Below the pieces are notes generated by a model that was not told the DNA's origin, ran no database searches, and worked only from the letters and a program-made list of their open reading frames with translations. Below are positions 28,793 through 40,908 of a stretch of DNA of 64,000 nucleotides, piece by piece. Position 1 is the first letter of the stretch; each line of letters opens with the position of its first letter. This DNA comes from Octopus sinensis (lineage: Eukaryota). The position numbers and the translations under genes are program-made. The DNA lies in NCBI RefSeq assembly GCF_006345805.1, contig NW_021832551.1:1-64000 (forward strand), given 5' to 3'.

Positions 28793-29290
28793 TCAGACTA
28801 CTGCTCCCAACTGTGGTCACCGCATAGTGTCAAACTAACCACAGAGCTTGAGACAATCCAAAGACATTTCACCAAGAGGATTTCCACCATGAAAGAAAAG
28901 AACTATTGGGAGAGGCTTGGGGAACTCAACTTGTACTCCTTGGAACGAAGACGAGAGAGATATGCAGTGATATACATATGGAAAATCCTGGAGGGACTAG
29001 CACCAAATTTTGGAATTGAGAGCTGTTCCAATCCCCGTACAGGACGTCACTGTGTGGTGCCAAAGGTCCCGTCTTCCACATCCAGGGTAAGGAGCAGATA
29101 CTGTAATAGCCTGGGGTTCAGGGGCCCTCGGCTTTTCAACAAACTGCCAAGAAAACTAAGAGATCTACATGATGCGGATGTGGACATTTTCAAAAAACAT
29201 CTAGACAAGCTGCTTTCCGGATCCCAGATGAACCCACTGCAAGGTACGAAGGTAACCTAAGGGCAGCAGCTACAAACTCTCTCTTAGATC
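28793..29290 (+). mobile_element. CR1-clade LINE 3' end (ORF2 C-terminus)
   Basis: DYCSQLWSPH..LETIQRHFTKRI..NYWERLGELNLYSLERRRERY..GPRLFNKLP..KKHLDKLL; PDEP..RAAATNSLLDQ in a shifted frame. Confidence 0.9.
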
Positions 29291-29339
29291 AGTGGCCAGC
29301 CACGGCAAACTGGACTTGGAGAGGGTAGCAACAACAGGG

Positions 29340-29445
29340 CGTGCCCCAGCATGGCCTGCAGCCGGGCTGAAACAAGTAAAAGAGTAAAAGAGTAAAAGAG
29401 TAAAGAGACAGAAAAACGGATAAACACACACACACCACCACACAC
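29340..29445 (+). mobile_element. SINE family B 3' fragment
   Basis: CCAGCATGGCC..CTGAAACAAGTAAAAGAGTAAAAGAGTAAAAGAG. Confidence 0.75.
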
Positions 29446-29447
29446 AT

Positions 29448-29525
<78 letters not shown>

Positions 29526-29528
<3 letters not shown>

Positions 29529-30103
29529 AGCGTGGAAGGTGTTTATAAGCCATTTAAGAAACACACAAAATCCGTTCGATTCACTTCAACATTTAAGTTT
29601 AATTTGTCAAAATATTTTCGTCGCTAAAATCCGCGACCTGTTCACTAACAAAGTCCATGCTGCATCTAAGAAAGTAACAGTTAGTTCGTCATATATATGT
29701 ACGCATGTATGTGTGTATGTATGCATACATGTGTGTATGTATGTACGTATGCATGTACGTACATACGCCTGTGTGTGTATGTATGTATGTATGAATGTAT
29801 TTATGTATGTATGTATGTATGTATGTATGTATGTATGTATGTATGTATGTACGTATGTATATATGTATGTGTGTGTATATGCACGCACACACACTCTATA
29901 AAACATAAAGCTATAAACCTGTAGCGATGGATGGATGTAGAGTGACCACTCATCACAAAGCTATCAAATTTCAACTTCCTACGGCCGAAGCTAGAAAGTG
30001 ATTTACGATGCTTACTCCCAAAACTATACCCTAAAATCTATTATCAGATCTTTATCTCTGTATCACAGAACTATTGTTTTACTATTGTGCGTATGTATGT
30101 ATG
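29526..30103 (-). repeat. copy 1 of a ~570-bp inverted duplication
   Basis: Reverse complement of 40363-40908, including unique segments and the intervening microsatellites. Confidence 0.9.
29603..29652 (-). ncRNA. hammerhead-fold RNA with G3-C8 swapped core (copy 1)
   Basis: UUUGUUA-GUGAACA-G-GUCGC(GGAUUUUA)GCGAC-GAAA-AUAU-U-U|UGACAAA. Confidence 0.6.
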
Positions 30104-31140
30104 TATGTATGTATGTATGTATGTATGTATGTATGTATGTATGTATGTATGTGTGTATGTATGTGTGTATGTACATGTGTGTGTGTGTGTGTGTATGTAC
30201 ATACGTACGCATGTGCGTATGTACATACACACACACACACATGTACATACACACATACATACACACATACATACATACATACATACATACATACATACAT
30301 ACGCACATACATACACTCGTATGCATGTGCCCAAGTATGTGTGTGTGTACACGTACGTGCGTATGTACGTGTGTATGCCCATACGTAGGTATGTATGTAT
30401 GTTTGTATTCATGTGCTACGTATGTATGTGAGTGTCTAGGAGAATGGGCCGACGTGTCAGTGTGTACATGTGTATGTGTATGTGAACGTATGTCCGTGTA
30501 CTGGCATGTGTCCGTCCAAGTTGTGTACATGACTGTTACTTTGCTGAAGGTTGTATACATATTCACATATATGTTTGTATAGACGCACACACATATATAT
30601 ATATGTGTGGGTGTGTGTTTGTTCCTCTCATCATCGTCTAACCGTGAATGGATATAACGCCTAAGTGCAACTGTCCGTATCAAACAACGTCCGCTCATAC
30701 CGTTGTATATAACTGCACATACGCATTGCAACCTGTATGTAAGGACTACAGGTAAAAGGGAGAAAGAGAGAGAGGGGTGGTTATAGAATAGTCCTTCTGA
30801 ATGGGATCTAGATGTTACTCCATTCGGACTTTCGGTTGAGAGTAGGTTTGTATTCTTGTATACAAACATACTTGTATGTCCTTCTGATCATTTGATCACT
30901 ATAAACAATTCCTTTGTGCAGGTCTTTCAGGAAAAGCTGAATGCTCATTCGTCGTCGTCTATGGGAGAGTCCACCGGAAATTATTAACAAAACATTTCAC
31001 TTAATTTTTTTTCCAATTTAATTGTTTTTCTTATTTTACTTTGCCAAAATATTTGGAATTCCTTTGAACAACATATATATATATATATATATCATACACA
31101 CACACACATATGTACAGTCATACATACACAAATATATATA

Positions 31141-31505
31141 GGTGGTGGTATGTCTGTGTGGATAAGGAGTTCATTTCGCAAACACGTGATTTTAGGTTCA
31201 ATCCCACCACACAGTACCTTGGGCAAGTGTCTTCTACTATAACTCCGGGTCCACCAATCTATTGAGAGTGGACTTGGTAGATGGAAACGGTGTGCGTGCA
31301 AATCCACCTTATAAGAGGTCTTGTGTGGGGAGCGGTATTTCTCCCCCTTCTGTGACGCTTGGCATCTAGTGTTGCTTTGTTTCCATCCCGTGACATAGCG
31401 GCTTGGCAAAGGAGACTGATAAAATAAGTACCAAACTTAAAAGATATTTACTGGAGTTGATGTATTCGACTAAACTTTCAAGGTGGTGCTCCAGCTTGGC
31501 CTGTG
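31141..31505 (+). mobile_element. SINE family B (degenerate, full length)
   Basis: GGTTCAATCCC..CTTGGGCAAGTGTCTTCTACTATA..GGTGGTGCTCCAGC. Confidence 0.8.
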
Positions 31506-31894
31506 TTCCATATATGAAACATGTAAAAGATACGTAAATACATACATACATACAAACATGCATACATACATACACGCATATATACATTCATACCTATATA
31601 CATATATTAACGCAAACCAATTGTTTGTGCGCGCTCACACACACAAACACACAAACACCCATACACACAAAGGCACGCGCGCGCACACACACGCGTGCAC
31701 ACACATGCGCGCGCGCAAGCATAAAGGCAGGAAGGGAAACAAAATAAGAACTGCATCAAAATAATAAGGAAGAAATTTGTGGAACCAAGGAAGCAAAAAA
31801 AGTGGTGGGAAAAGATAAGGAACGAAATTATTATCACTATTTGTTTTTTGTAAACTATTTCGACATATTCTTATTATTGATAAGACCTTTTTAT

Positions 31895-32095
31895 GCGGTT
31901 GGCAGAGAGAAATGTTTTGCAGAATTTGTTCCAACTTTTTTTTATGTTCTGAGTTAAAATCTTGCCAAGGTTAACTTTTTATTTTATCCTTTCGGGGTCG
32001 ATAAAATAAAGTACATTCCAGTACTGGAGTCAATGTAATCGATTTGCTCTCGCTCAGCGAAATTGTTAGCATTATTCCAAAATAACAAAGAATTA
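31895..32095 (+). mobile_element. SINE family A, degenerate
   Basis: TTCTGAGTTAAAATC..ATCCTTTCGGGGTCGATAAAATAAAGTAC. Confidence 0.7.
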
Positions 32096-32149
32096 TTTAT
32101 ATAATCTTTCATTATGTTTTTCATATTGCGTTTTATTGATTTGACACAA

Positions 32150-32333
32150 GGCCAGCCATTTCTGGAGAGGGAATAAGTTGATCACAGCATCACCATTGTT
32201 CACCTGATACTTATTTTATCGACACCGAAAGAATGAAAGGTAAAGTCAACCTCGGTGGAATTTGAACTCAGAAGGACGAAATACCACTAAGCATTTTGCC
32301 CGACCTGCTAACGACTGTACCAGCTCGCCGCCT
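32150..32333 (-). mobile_element. SINE family A
   Basis: GGAATTTGAACTCAGAA..CCAGCTCGCCGCC. Confidence 0.85.
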
Positions 32334-32362
32334 TCATGCTGCGTAATATTGGTTTCAAATTA

Positions 32363-33177
32363 CGGCGTCGAACTGGCAGAAACGTTAGCAAGCCGTGCGA
32401 AGTGTTTAGCAGTATTTCGCCCGTCGCTAGTCTGAGTTCAATTTCCACCGAGGTTGATTTGCCTGTTAGGCGGCGAGCTAGCAGTTCAAATTCCGCCGAG
32501 GTCGACTTTGCCTTTTATCCTTTCGGGGTTGATAAGTTAAGTACCAGTTACGCACTGGGGTCGATATAATCGACTTAATCCGTTTGTCTGTTCTTGTTAA
32601 TCTCCTCTGTGTTTAGCCCCTTGTGGGTAGTAAAGAAATAGAAATAAGTATTTCGTCTGCCGCTAGGTTCTGAGTTCAAATTTCGCCGAGGTCGACTTTG
32701 CCTTTAATCCTTTCGGAGTCGATTAAATAAGTAGCAGTTACGCACTAGGTCGATATAATCGACTTAATCCGTTTGTCCCTCCTTGTTTGTCCTCTTTGTG
32801 TTTAGCCCCTTGTGGGTAGTAAAGACATAGGTATTTCGTCTGCCGTTGCGTTCTCAGTTCAAGTTCCGACTAGGTCGACTTTGCCTTTCAGTCTTTCGGG
32901 GTCGATTAAATAAGTACCAGTTATGCACTGGGGTCGATCTAATCGACTTAATCCGTTTGTCTGCCCTTGTTTGTCATCTCTGTGTTTAGCCCCTTGTGGG
33001 TAGAAAAGAAATATGTATTTCGTCTGTCTTTACGTTCTGGGTTCAAATGCCACCGAGGTTGGCTTGCCTTTTAACCTTTCGGATAAAATTAAGTACCAGT
33101 TGTGTACTAGGGTTGATCTAATCGACTGACCCTCCCTCCTCAAATATTTTGGGCTTTGTTCCTAGAATAGAAAAGAA
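32363..33177 (+). mobile_element. SINE family A multimer (head plus ~183-bp units starting at 32648, 32831, 33015)
   Basis: Repeated junction CCCCTTGTGGGTAGTAAAGAAATAG|GTATTTCGTCTG. Confidence 0.9.
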
Positions 33178-33257
33178 TATTGGTTTCAAATTTTGGCGCA
33201 AGACCAACACTTTTGAGTGGTGGGGTAAGTCAATTACATTAACCCTAATGTTAAACT

Positions 33258-33375
33258 ATTTTACCCTTATTTGTTTCAGTCATTTGACTGCGGCCATGCT
33301 GGAGACCGCCTTTAGTCGCATAAATGGACCTCAGAACTTATTCTTCGTAAGCCTAGTACTTATTCTATCGGCCTA
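33258..33375 (-). mobile_element. SINE family B 3' fragment
   Basis: TGTTTCAGTCATTTGACTGCGGCCATGCTGGAG. Confidence 0.8.
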
Positions 33376-33424
33376 TTTTAAGCTGTTTACCATACAGCCA
33401 CTCCTCCTCCTAGCGACCCCAAAA

Positions 33425-33878
33425 GGTTGAAAGCAAAGTTGACCTCGGCGGAATTTGAACTCAGAAAGGAAAAATGAACGAAATACCGCTAAGCATTTTG
33501 TCCGGCGCGTTAACTGTACTGCCAGTTTTCCGTCTTCATACAGTCATTTAGATCGATCCCAATACGCAACTGGTACTTAATATATCGACCCTGAAAAGAT
33601 GAAAGGCAAAATCGACCTCAGCGGAACTTGAACTCAGAAGGTAAAGACAGACAAAATACCTATTTCTTTACTACCCACAAGGGGCTAAACACGGAGATGA
33701 CAAACGGGTTAAGTCGATAACATCGACTCCATTGCGTAACTGGTACTTAACCTATCGACCCTGAAAGGATGAAAGGCAAAATCAACCTCAGCGGAATTTG
33801 AACTCAGAACGTAAAAACAGACAAAATACTGGAGAGCATTTCGCCCGGCGTGCTAACGATTCTGCCAGCTTGCCGCCT
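33425..33878 (-). mobile_element. SINE family A monomer (33425-33537) plus dimer (33545-33878)
   Basis: Two heads (GGCGGCAAGCTGGCAG at 33878) and the same multimer junction near 33660. Confidence 0.85.
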
Positions 33879-33994
33879 TCTGACTTCGTTATATTGATTA
33901 AGCGTTTAATATATTTTAACATACAGTGTGTTAGTGATGAACTTTTCCTTATAGTTTTCATACTGGTATTCTCGTTAAGGCTTTTATTATTAGA

Positions 33995-34394
33995 CTAGCA
34001 GTATCGCCCGGCGTTGCTCAGGTTTGTAAGGGAAATAACTATATAAGCATTTTTAGAGATGTAAAGTATAATAGCCATCTCAATATGGCTAACCACAAAG
34101 GGGGGGGGGGTGTTACTGTAGCTTTTTACGTTCTGAGATCTAATAATAAATTTTTAGAGTGTTACTTCCCTTATATATGCCGAAAATGCATTATAAATGG
34201 AAAAAATTGATGGTAATTTTTTTTTTTAATCGTAGACTCATCGCAGACGCGCGCTAATACCCAGAAGGGCTCGATATGAATCACGACTATAAGATACCCG
34301 GTTTTGATTAAACTGCACCGCAAAATGTGGGAGTAGTTAGGAATCTAAATCGTAGGAGACAGACAGCACACAACCTCACTTTTATATATAAAGA
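33995..34394 (-). mobile_element. complete 400-bp non-autonomous Helitron
   Basis: 5' TC(TTTATATATAAAA) and 3' GCAACGCCGGG hairpin plus CTAG; inserted between A and T with no TSD. Confidence 0.85.
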
Positions 34395-35663
34395 TAAGTC
34401 ATTTTGTTAATGTCTGTTGCCTACCCTGAACTTTTCCTCATGGCACATGCCTCTCGGTTATGTATACAATAGTGCAAAATGGTCTCTACAAAGTTGATTT
34501 GTTTTAGAAACACTATATAAAGACTAAATGTTCAGTGATTCTCGACGATGTGACGGCTTTATTGATACGCCATTTTCAATCTAGAAATTATACATGAATA
34601 TACGTGGTTAATTTTTAATTGTGTGTAGTCATGCATGTGTAGTCAGGAGTATGTTTATGTATTTGTGTGTACGTGTGTGTGTAGGCATCGGAGTGCATGT
34701 GAGTCTGCGTGTGTATGCAGGTGAGCGTGAATGATAAGTATATAAAGAAAATGACAAAAGTAACAATAAATGGGGAGAGTATAAGGAAAAGATTAGAAGA
34801 AACGGAAAATAGACATGAGGAGAGGAAGAGGAGAAGGAAAGAAAGAAGGAAAGAATGATGGAAAAATTGAAGAAATGTACAGTATGTAAGAATGCGAAGA
34901 AGGAAGATTGTGAAAAAAAGAAATAAAAGAAATAAAAATAGATTGAAAAGTATTGAAATAATTTAGTGAAGGAAAAAATAGAAATAGTTTAGTGAACGGC
35001 AAGATGAGAAGAGAAGGGAGAGAAAAAAAGAGATAAAATAAGTGGAAAATGAGAGAAAAAGAAGAAAAAATGGAATTTTTTTAAAGAGTGAAAGATTGAG
35101 CATAATTGGATATATTACGGATAAAAAAAAGAAGAAAAATTAGTAAAATGGTAAAATATAGGATATAGGTTTTTGGTAATAACAGAGAAGAACCTATTCT
35201 GTAATCAATAGTTAAATAAGTGCAAAATATATTTAAAAGCTCGAATATTAAAAAGCTAACAGGAAATAATTTGCATTGGGGAAAATACGTTATTAGTCAG
35301 TGATTAATAGTAGTTTCGTTTTCCGGCATGCAACTAAGGGAGGTAAATATGAACAAGTTTCGGTTTCATTGTGACCTCGTCGGGGAAGTAGTTTTCAACA
35401 GTGAAGTTTATGCTAACATTTTATGTAATGAACTTTAAAATTTAAATAGAAACATAAATGCGTTGGGAACAAGTGCATAAACAAGATATGATACCTAAGG
35501 TAATTATTATAAGGAGGTTATTTGGCTGTTTCCTTAACACTAAGCATTAACTGATACCATATATATATATATATATATATTATAATATATATATATACAG
35601 AGAGAGAGACAGACGGACAGAGAAAGGCAGATAGATATATACATAATACATACATACATACAT

Positions 35664-35833
35664 GCATAGATGCAAGAATGGCTGTGTGGTAAGAAGCTTG
35701 CTTACCAACAACATGGCTCCATGTCCATTCTCAGTGCGTGCCACCTTGGTCAAGTGCCTTCTACTAAAGCCTCGGGCCGACCAAAGTCATGTGAGTGCAT
35801 TTGGTAGATGGAAACTGAAAGAACACCGTCGTG

Positions 35834-35876
<43 letters not shown>

Positions 35877-36025
35877 CTGTCTGTCTGTTTTCCCCCACCA
35901 TCTCATGACAACCAATGTTGGAGTGTTGTACTGACTCTATCCATCTCTTTGCCGAACCGTTAAGATATGGGGACATAAACGCACAGGCATCGGTGTCAGC
36001 ATGGTGGGAGGCAACCAAGACACAC
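35664..36025 (+). mobile_element. SINE family B
   Basis: GAATGGCTGTGTGGTAAGAAGCTTGCTTACCAAC..CTTGGTCAAGTGCC. Confidence 0.85.
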
Positions 36026-36384
36026 AAATACATACATACATACATACATACATGCATACATACATACATACATATATATATATATATAATATATACAATA
36101 TGTTACATTACTCGGTATATAACCAAATCCAAAAACGGCTCTTAGCTTTTCCCTGGGGCTGACCAGATTGGATGAATCTCAAGTATAATCAGCCGAAATT
36201 GCGAGGATAATCTGGTGCTTGATTGAAGAAAGAAAACTTCGATTGACCCATCCTTGTTTTCTTTGTATCGTCTATCTAGATGTTTTGTTGTCCCATTTTT
36301 GTATCACCTAGCTGTCCGGATGTTTTGCGTTCTTGTCCCATTTTGTCTTTACATATATATACGACGTCTACCAAAGTTAATTTC

Positions 36385-36508
36385 CGTCTAACAAACCCAC
36401 TCACAAGTCGGTGATCGACCCGAGGCTATAGTAGAAAACACTTGCTCATGAACCCGGAACCATGTGGTTGGGAAGCATGCTTCTTATCACACAGCCACTC
36501 CTGCGCTT
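36385..36508 (-). mobile_element. SINE family B 5' fragment
   Basis: GAACCCGGAACCATGTGGTTGGGAAGC..CACACAGCCACTCCTGCGC. Confidence 0.8.
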
Positions 36509-36686
36509 ATATAGAAATCTCAGATTTTTATCACAGAGAATCACGTGGAGAATGTTGTATCACTGCGACATTTTCAGATCACCGTAAAGCGGCAGGATGA
36601 TTACCATTCTTCGTTTTACCATTTTTTCTTATTTTTTAGTTGTTGTGCACCTGAGCATTTTAGACAACAATTTCCTTAATTATATA

Positions 36687-36729
<43 letters not shown>

Positions 36730-36910
36730 GATCACATCGTCAGTTACGACGACGATGGTCCCATCTGATACGATCAACGGAACAGTTTGCTTGTGGAATT
36801 AATGTGCTATTGGCTGATCACTCCATAGATAATACAAAAATCAAATGAGATAAATAAGTAAATAATTAAATAGATAAATAAATAAATAAAACCATGGCCA
36901 CTAGAGCCAA

Positions 36911-36975
<65 letters not shown>

Positions 36976-37204
36976 CATGAGTGAGAGAACAGTGCATGTA
37001 ATCAAAGTGATACTGGGGGTAAAATATAGGAATCCCAGTGTACCCATCATGACTTATAAGGGTACACCAGCCACCACTCGCTGGGACACACCCACCGTCC
37101 TAGAGCGAGTGAAGTATAAGAGATGTTACAGTATGACGGAAGTTTGAGGAGAGCAAATGGCAAGGGCAGTAGCGAAATATCTTCATGTAATACAACATGT
37201 ACAT

Positions 37205-37600
37205 TTAAATTGGCAGGGGTTTTTTTCTGATGATACGGGCATTACTTGTCAGCATAATATTTTCAATTTCTCTGAGATATGGCTCGCCTGGTATTTTATC
37301 TAGATGTTTCTGAAATCCCTTTCTTATCATACCTAGAGCACCCACAATAATAGGAACAGTTCTCGTTTTAAGATGCTACATCTGTATTTCAATTTCTAGG
37401 TCCTTATATTTACTTAATTTGCCAAATTCCTTTACAGATATATTTTTATCAGTGGGAACAGTTACATCTATAAGTCTACAAGTATTTCCCTCTCTTTCTT
37501 TCATGATTATGACTGGTCGATTTATCTGGATCGTTCTGTCAGTGTTGATTGGAAAATCCCAGAGGATAGTGACATGTTTCAGGATGCCGAATGAAACACC
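37205..37600 (-). pseudogene. R4/Dong-type non-LTR retrotransposon restriction-like endonuclease C-terminus
   Basis: ILWDFPINTDRTI..NRP..LIDVTVPTDKNISVKEFGKLSKYKDLEIEI..TVPIIVGALGMI. Confidence 0.85.
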
Positions 37601-37679
37601 CATGTTTCCAGAAGTGAATTATCCAAACTCCAAAGAATTCCTCACAACACATAGCTATGATGCTCCCCACTACTTCTGC

Positions 37680-38034
37680 TCGTGATCAGAGATGCACATA
37701 TCGTCAGTCACTAAGGGACATGCTCAACTGGTTAAGGTCAAACAACTAACAAGCAAATCTGTGGTATTCAGCTGAATATTTGCTGTAGCCCATCTATTAT
37801 ATCAAGCCAACAGAATGTACATGATAACATTTCCAGTCAGTTAAGATCAGACGCCATGAGTGCCACTGTCTGGTATTACCTAAGGGACCCCTTCGAAGGT
37901 ACTAGTCATTTTTACCCGTTGAGTTGACTGGAGTAACGTGAAATAAATCAAAGGACGCAATGCGCTGCCGGAAATCGAACTCACAACTTCACGATCATGA
38001 GACGTAAACCCTAACCCCTAAACTACGTGCCTTC
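37680..38034 (-). mobile_element. tRNA-derived SINE (family C-related)
   Basis: Minus-strand head GCACGTAGTTTAGGGGTTAGGG..GTGAGTTCGATTTCCGG. Confidence 0.7.
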
Positions 38035-38039
38035 GAAAC

Positions 38040-38350
38040 TAGCAAACCAGTAGTAGAAAAATCCTTCCTTTTGACCGGATTCTCGTACAAATACGCCTCA
38101 GTTTCGTTAACTGTCGATAGACAGTAATATATCTTTTACTGAAGCGCTTCTCCTCTCTGCTCACTTTCTAGTGTCACACAAAACAGGACACGTAGCATAA
38201 ATTCAGGCTCCTATAGTTTCGCATATACTTCACTTCGTTTTAGCCGGCAGACATTTTCGGTAAGACAATCGCCTTCAATTGGAAGAGCATGTCAAAGACT
38301 ACTCTTAGGTATTTTGTTTCTTGTTCTGAGAAGCTTCAGGCGACGGTTTT
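38040..38350 (-). pseudogene. degenerate PLE GIY-YIG remnant
   Basis: Minus strand reads ..ALPIEGDCLTENV.., resembling CPLxGxCLTxNV. Confidence 0.4.
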
Positions 38351-38418
38351 TGTTTGCATTTTTGTTTTTGTTTTTGCTTATATATATGTATGTATATATT
38401 GTATATATATATATATAT

Positions 38419-38458
<40 letters not shown>

Positions 38459-38589
38459 TATCTATATATAATATATTATATATATATATATATCGGAACA
38501 TTGGAGCGCTGGAATATTCTACGCCTCAGCAAACATCAATATTAACTCTCTTCAATACTCCTGTTGTTCAGCTCAATGTCCTAGATGTT

Positions 38590-39260
38590 CAGGGTGATGT
38601 TGGTGGTGATGGTGGTGGTGGTGGTGGTGGTGGTGGTGGTGGTGGTGGTGGTGGTGGTAGTGGTGGTAGTGGTGGTGGTGTTGGTGGTAGTGGTGGTAGT
38701 GGTGGTGGTGTTTGTTGTGGTGCTGAGATGGTGGTGGTGATGATGGTGGTGATGGTGGTATGCTCGTGATAGTGATGGTGGTGGTGGTTGGTTGTGGTGG
38801 TAGTGGCGGTGGTGGTGTTGGTTGTGGTGCTGAGATGGTGGTGGTGATGATGGTGGTGATAGTGGTGAGCTCGTGATAGTGATGGTAGTAGTGGTGGTGG
38901 TGGTGGTGGTGGTGGTGGTGGTGATGGTGGTGGTGATGGTTGTGGTGATAGTGGTGAAGTGTAGTGGTGGCGGTGAGATGTTGGTGTTGTTGTTGCTGGT
39001 GGTGGTCGATGTTGTCATCCTCCTCATGGTGGTGAAAGTGGTGAGCAAAATTATATTGCTTCTGCCTTTAAGCTCAAATTGTTGTTGGTGGTTTATGGTG
39101 GTGGGATGACGTGGTCGTCGTCGCGGTAGTAGTGATGGTGGTGGCGGTGGTGATATCAATGGTTGTGATGGCAGTGGCGGTGGCGGTAATAGGTGGAAGC
39201 AGTGAGAGTAGTTATATAACTAATGTTCACTTCAAATCGGTGGTGGTGGTGCTGGTTATG
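38590..39260. repeat. (GGT)n/(GAT)n array with an internal ~60-bp duplication
   Basis: GTTGTGGTGCTGAGATGGTGG..GCTCGTGATAGTGATGG occurs twice (near 38713 and 38821). Confidence 0.9.
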
Positions 39261-39383
39261 AGGGAGGAACGTTTTGACAGAACACAAAATCCACAAATGA
39301 ATAATGGATGTTAATTGTTCCGGAATGCTTAATTACGTGGAATTTGTTGATCTTACTATTTATCAATCTACCTATTTATCGAC

Positions 39384-39457
<74 letters not shown>

Positions 39458-39529
39458 GTCTATCTTTTTATCCATCTATTTATCTCTCTCTCTTCCCTTC
39501 TCTCTCTCTCACTCTCTCTCTCTCTCTCT

Positions 39530-39572
<43 letters not shown>

Positions 39573-39689
39573 GTGTGTGTGTCTTTATGTATATATGTCT
39601 GTGTCTATCTATCCATCCATCCATCTATCTGTCAATCAATCTATCTAGCTATCTATCTATACACATGCATACATCCACACAGTGTTCAA

Positions 39690-40325
39690 CTTCCATAATC
39701 TTTTACTAATCTCTTGAGGAATTCGCTGAATTCAGGTTGTAATCCTTAATATTTTCTGCCCCGGTCTGACATCCCGGATTTTAAAAAGGATGTAGGTCAC
39801 TCCCAGTGAGTTGCTGTCCAATCTCATTCCACAGTTCATATCGTTAAAGTATTCAAGAGAGTGATAAGATAAAAAAAAATAACAAACTTCCCGGAGAAAA
39901 ATCATCTCATTGATTCCACAGAACACAGCCTGCTTTGTGTCAGGCGATTGCCAAACACAGATCTTCAATTTGATGCTATATTAAATGCTCCGCGAGAGAG
40001 ATACAATACAAATGTTATTTATCATGACTTCAATAAACCTTTCAACAGAGTCGACCACACAATTCTGTTGAAGAAATTATCTAGTATTGGAGTTTATGCT
40101 AAGCTACTGCAATGTATTAAATACTTATTGACAAAAAAAACCCAATATGTTGCGATGGAGGTAATTTACTGAAGGCTGGCAAAAGCCATTAGTTGTGTCC
40201 GCTCGCATACTGTCGTAGGCCCACTTCTATATATTATTTACAGAAACGACGTAGATCATATCATCAAACCTGCCAAAATATATACGTTTGTAAATGGCTC
40301 TAAGCTCCAGAAAGCCATCTAGGGA
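39690..40325 (+). pseudogene. degenerate CR1-clade reverse transcriptase fragment
   Basis: NVIYHDFNKPFNRVDHTILLKKL..GPLLYII..DVD resembles D(F)xKAFDxVDH..GPLLF..IND. Confidence 0.75.
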
Positions 40326-40362
40326 GATTTTGGGCGCGGAGAATTTGAACCTGATCTATATA

Positions 40363-40908
40363 ATACATACATACATACGAACAATAGTAAAACATTAGTT
40401 CTGTGATATAGAGATAAAAATCTGATAATAGATTTTAGGGTATAGTTTTTGTGAGCAAGCGTCATAAATTCACTTTCTAGCCTCGGCCGTAGGGAGCTGA
40501 AATTTGATAGCGTGTGATGAGTGGTCACTCTACATCCATCCATCGCTACAGGTTTATAGCTTTATGTTTTATAGAGTGTATGTGCGTGCTTATACACACA
40601 CATACATATATACATACATACATACATACATACATACATACATACATACATACATGCATACACAGGCGTATGTGCGTACATGCATACGTACATACATACA
40701 CACATGTATGCATACATACACACATACATACGTACATATATATGACGAACTAACTGTTACTTTCTTAGATGCAGCACGGACTTTGTCAGTGAACAGGTCG
40801 CGGATTTTAGCGACGAAAATATTTTGACAAATTAAACTTAAATGTTGGAGTGAATCGAACGGCTTTTGTGTGTTTCTTAAATGGCTTATAAACACCTTCC
40901 ACGCTGCA
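40363..40908 (+). repeat. copy 2 of the ~570-bp inverted duplication
   Basis: See 29526-30103. Confidence 0.9.
40782..40831 (+). ncRNA. hammerhead-fold RNA with G3-C8 swapped core (copy 2)
   Basis: UUUGUCA-GUGAACA-G-GUCGC(GGAUUUUA)GCGAC-GAAA-AUAU-U-U|UGACAAA: perfect 7-bp stem I and 5-bp stem II. Confidence 0.65.

Noticed and set aside
35351-35385. Minus-strand CCGACGA-GGT..ACC-GAAACTTG HHR-like relic
   Set aside because: U4C change and no stem I.
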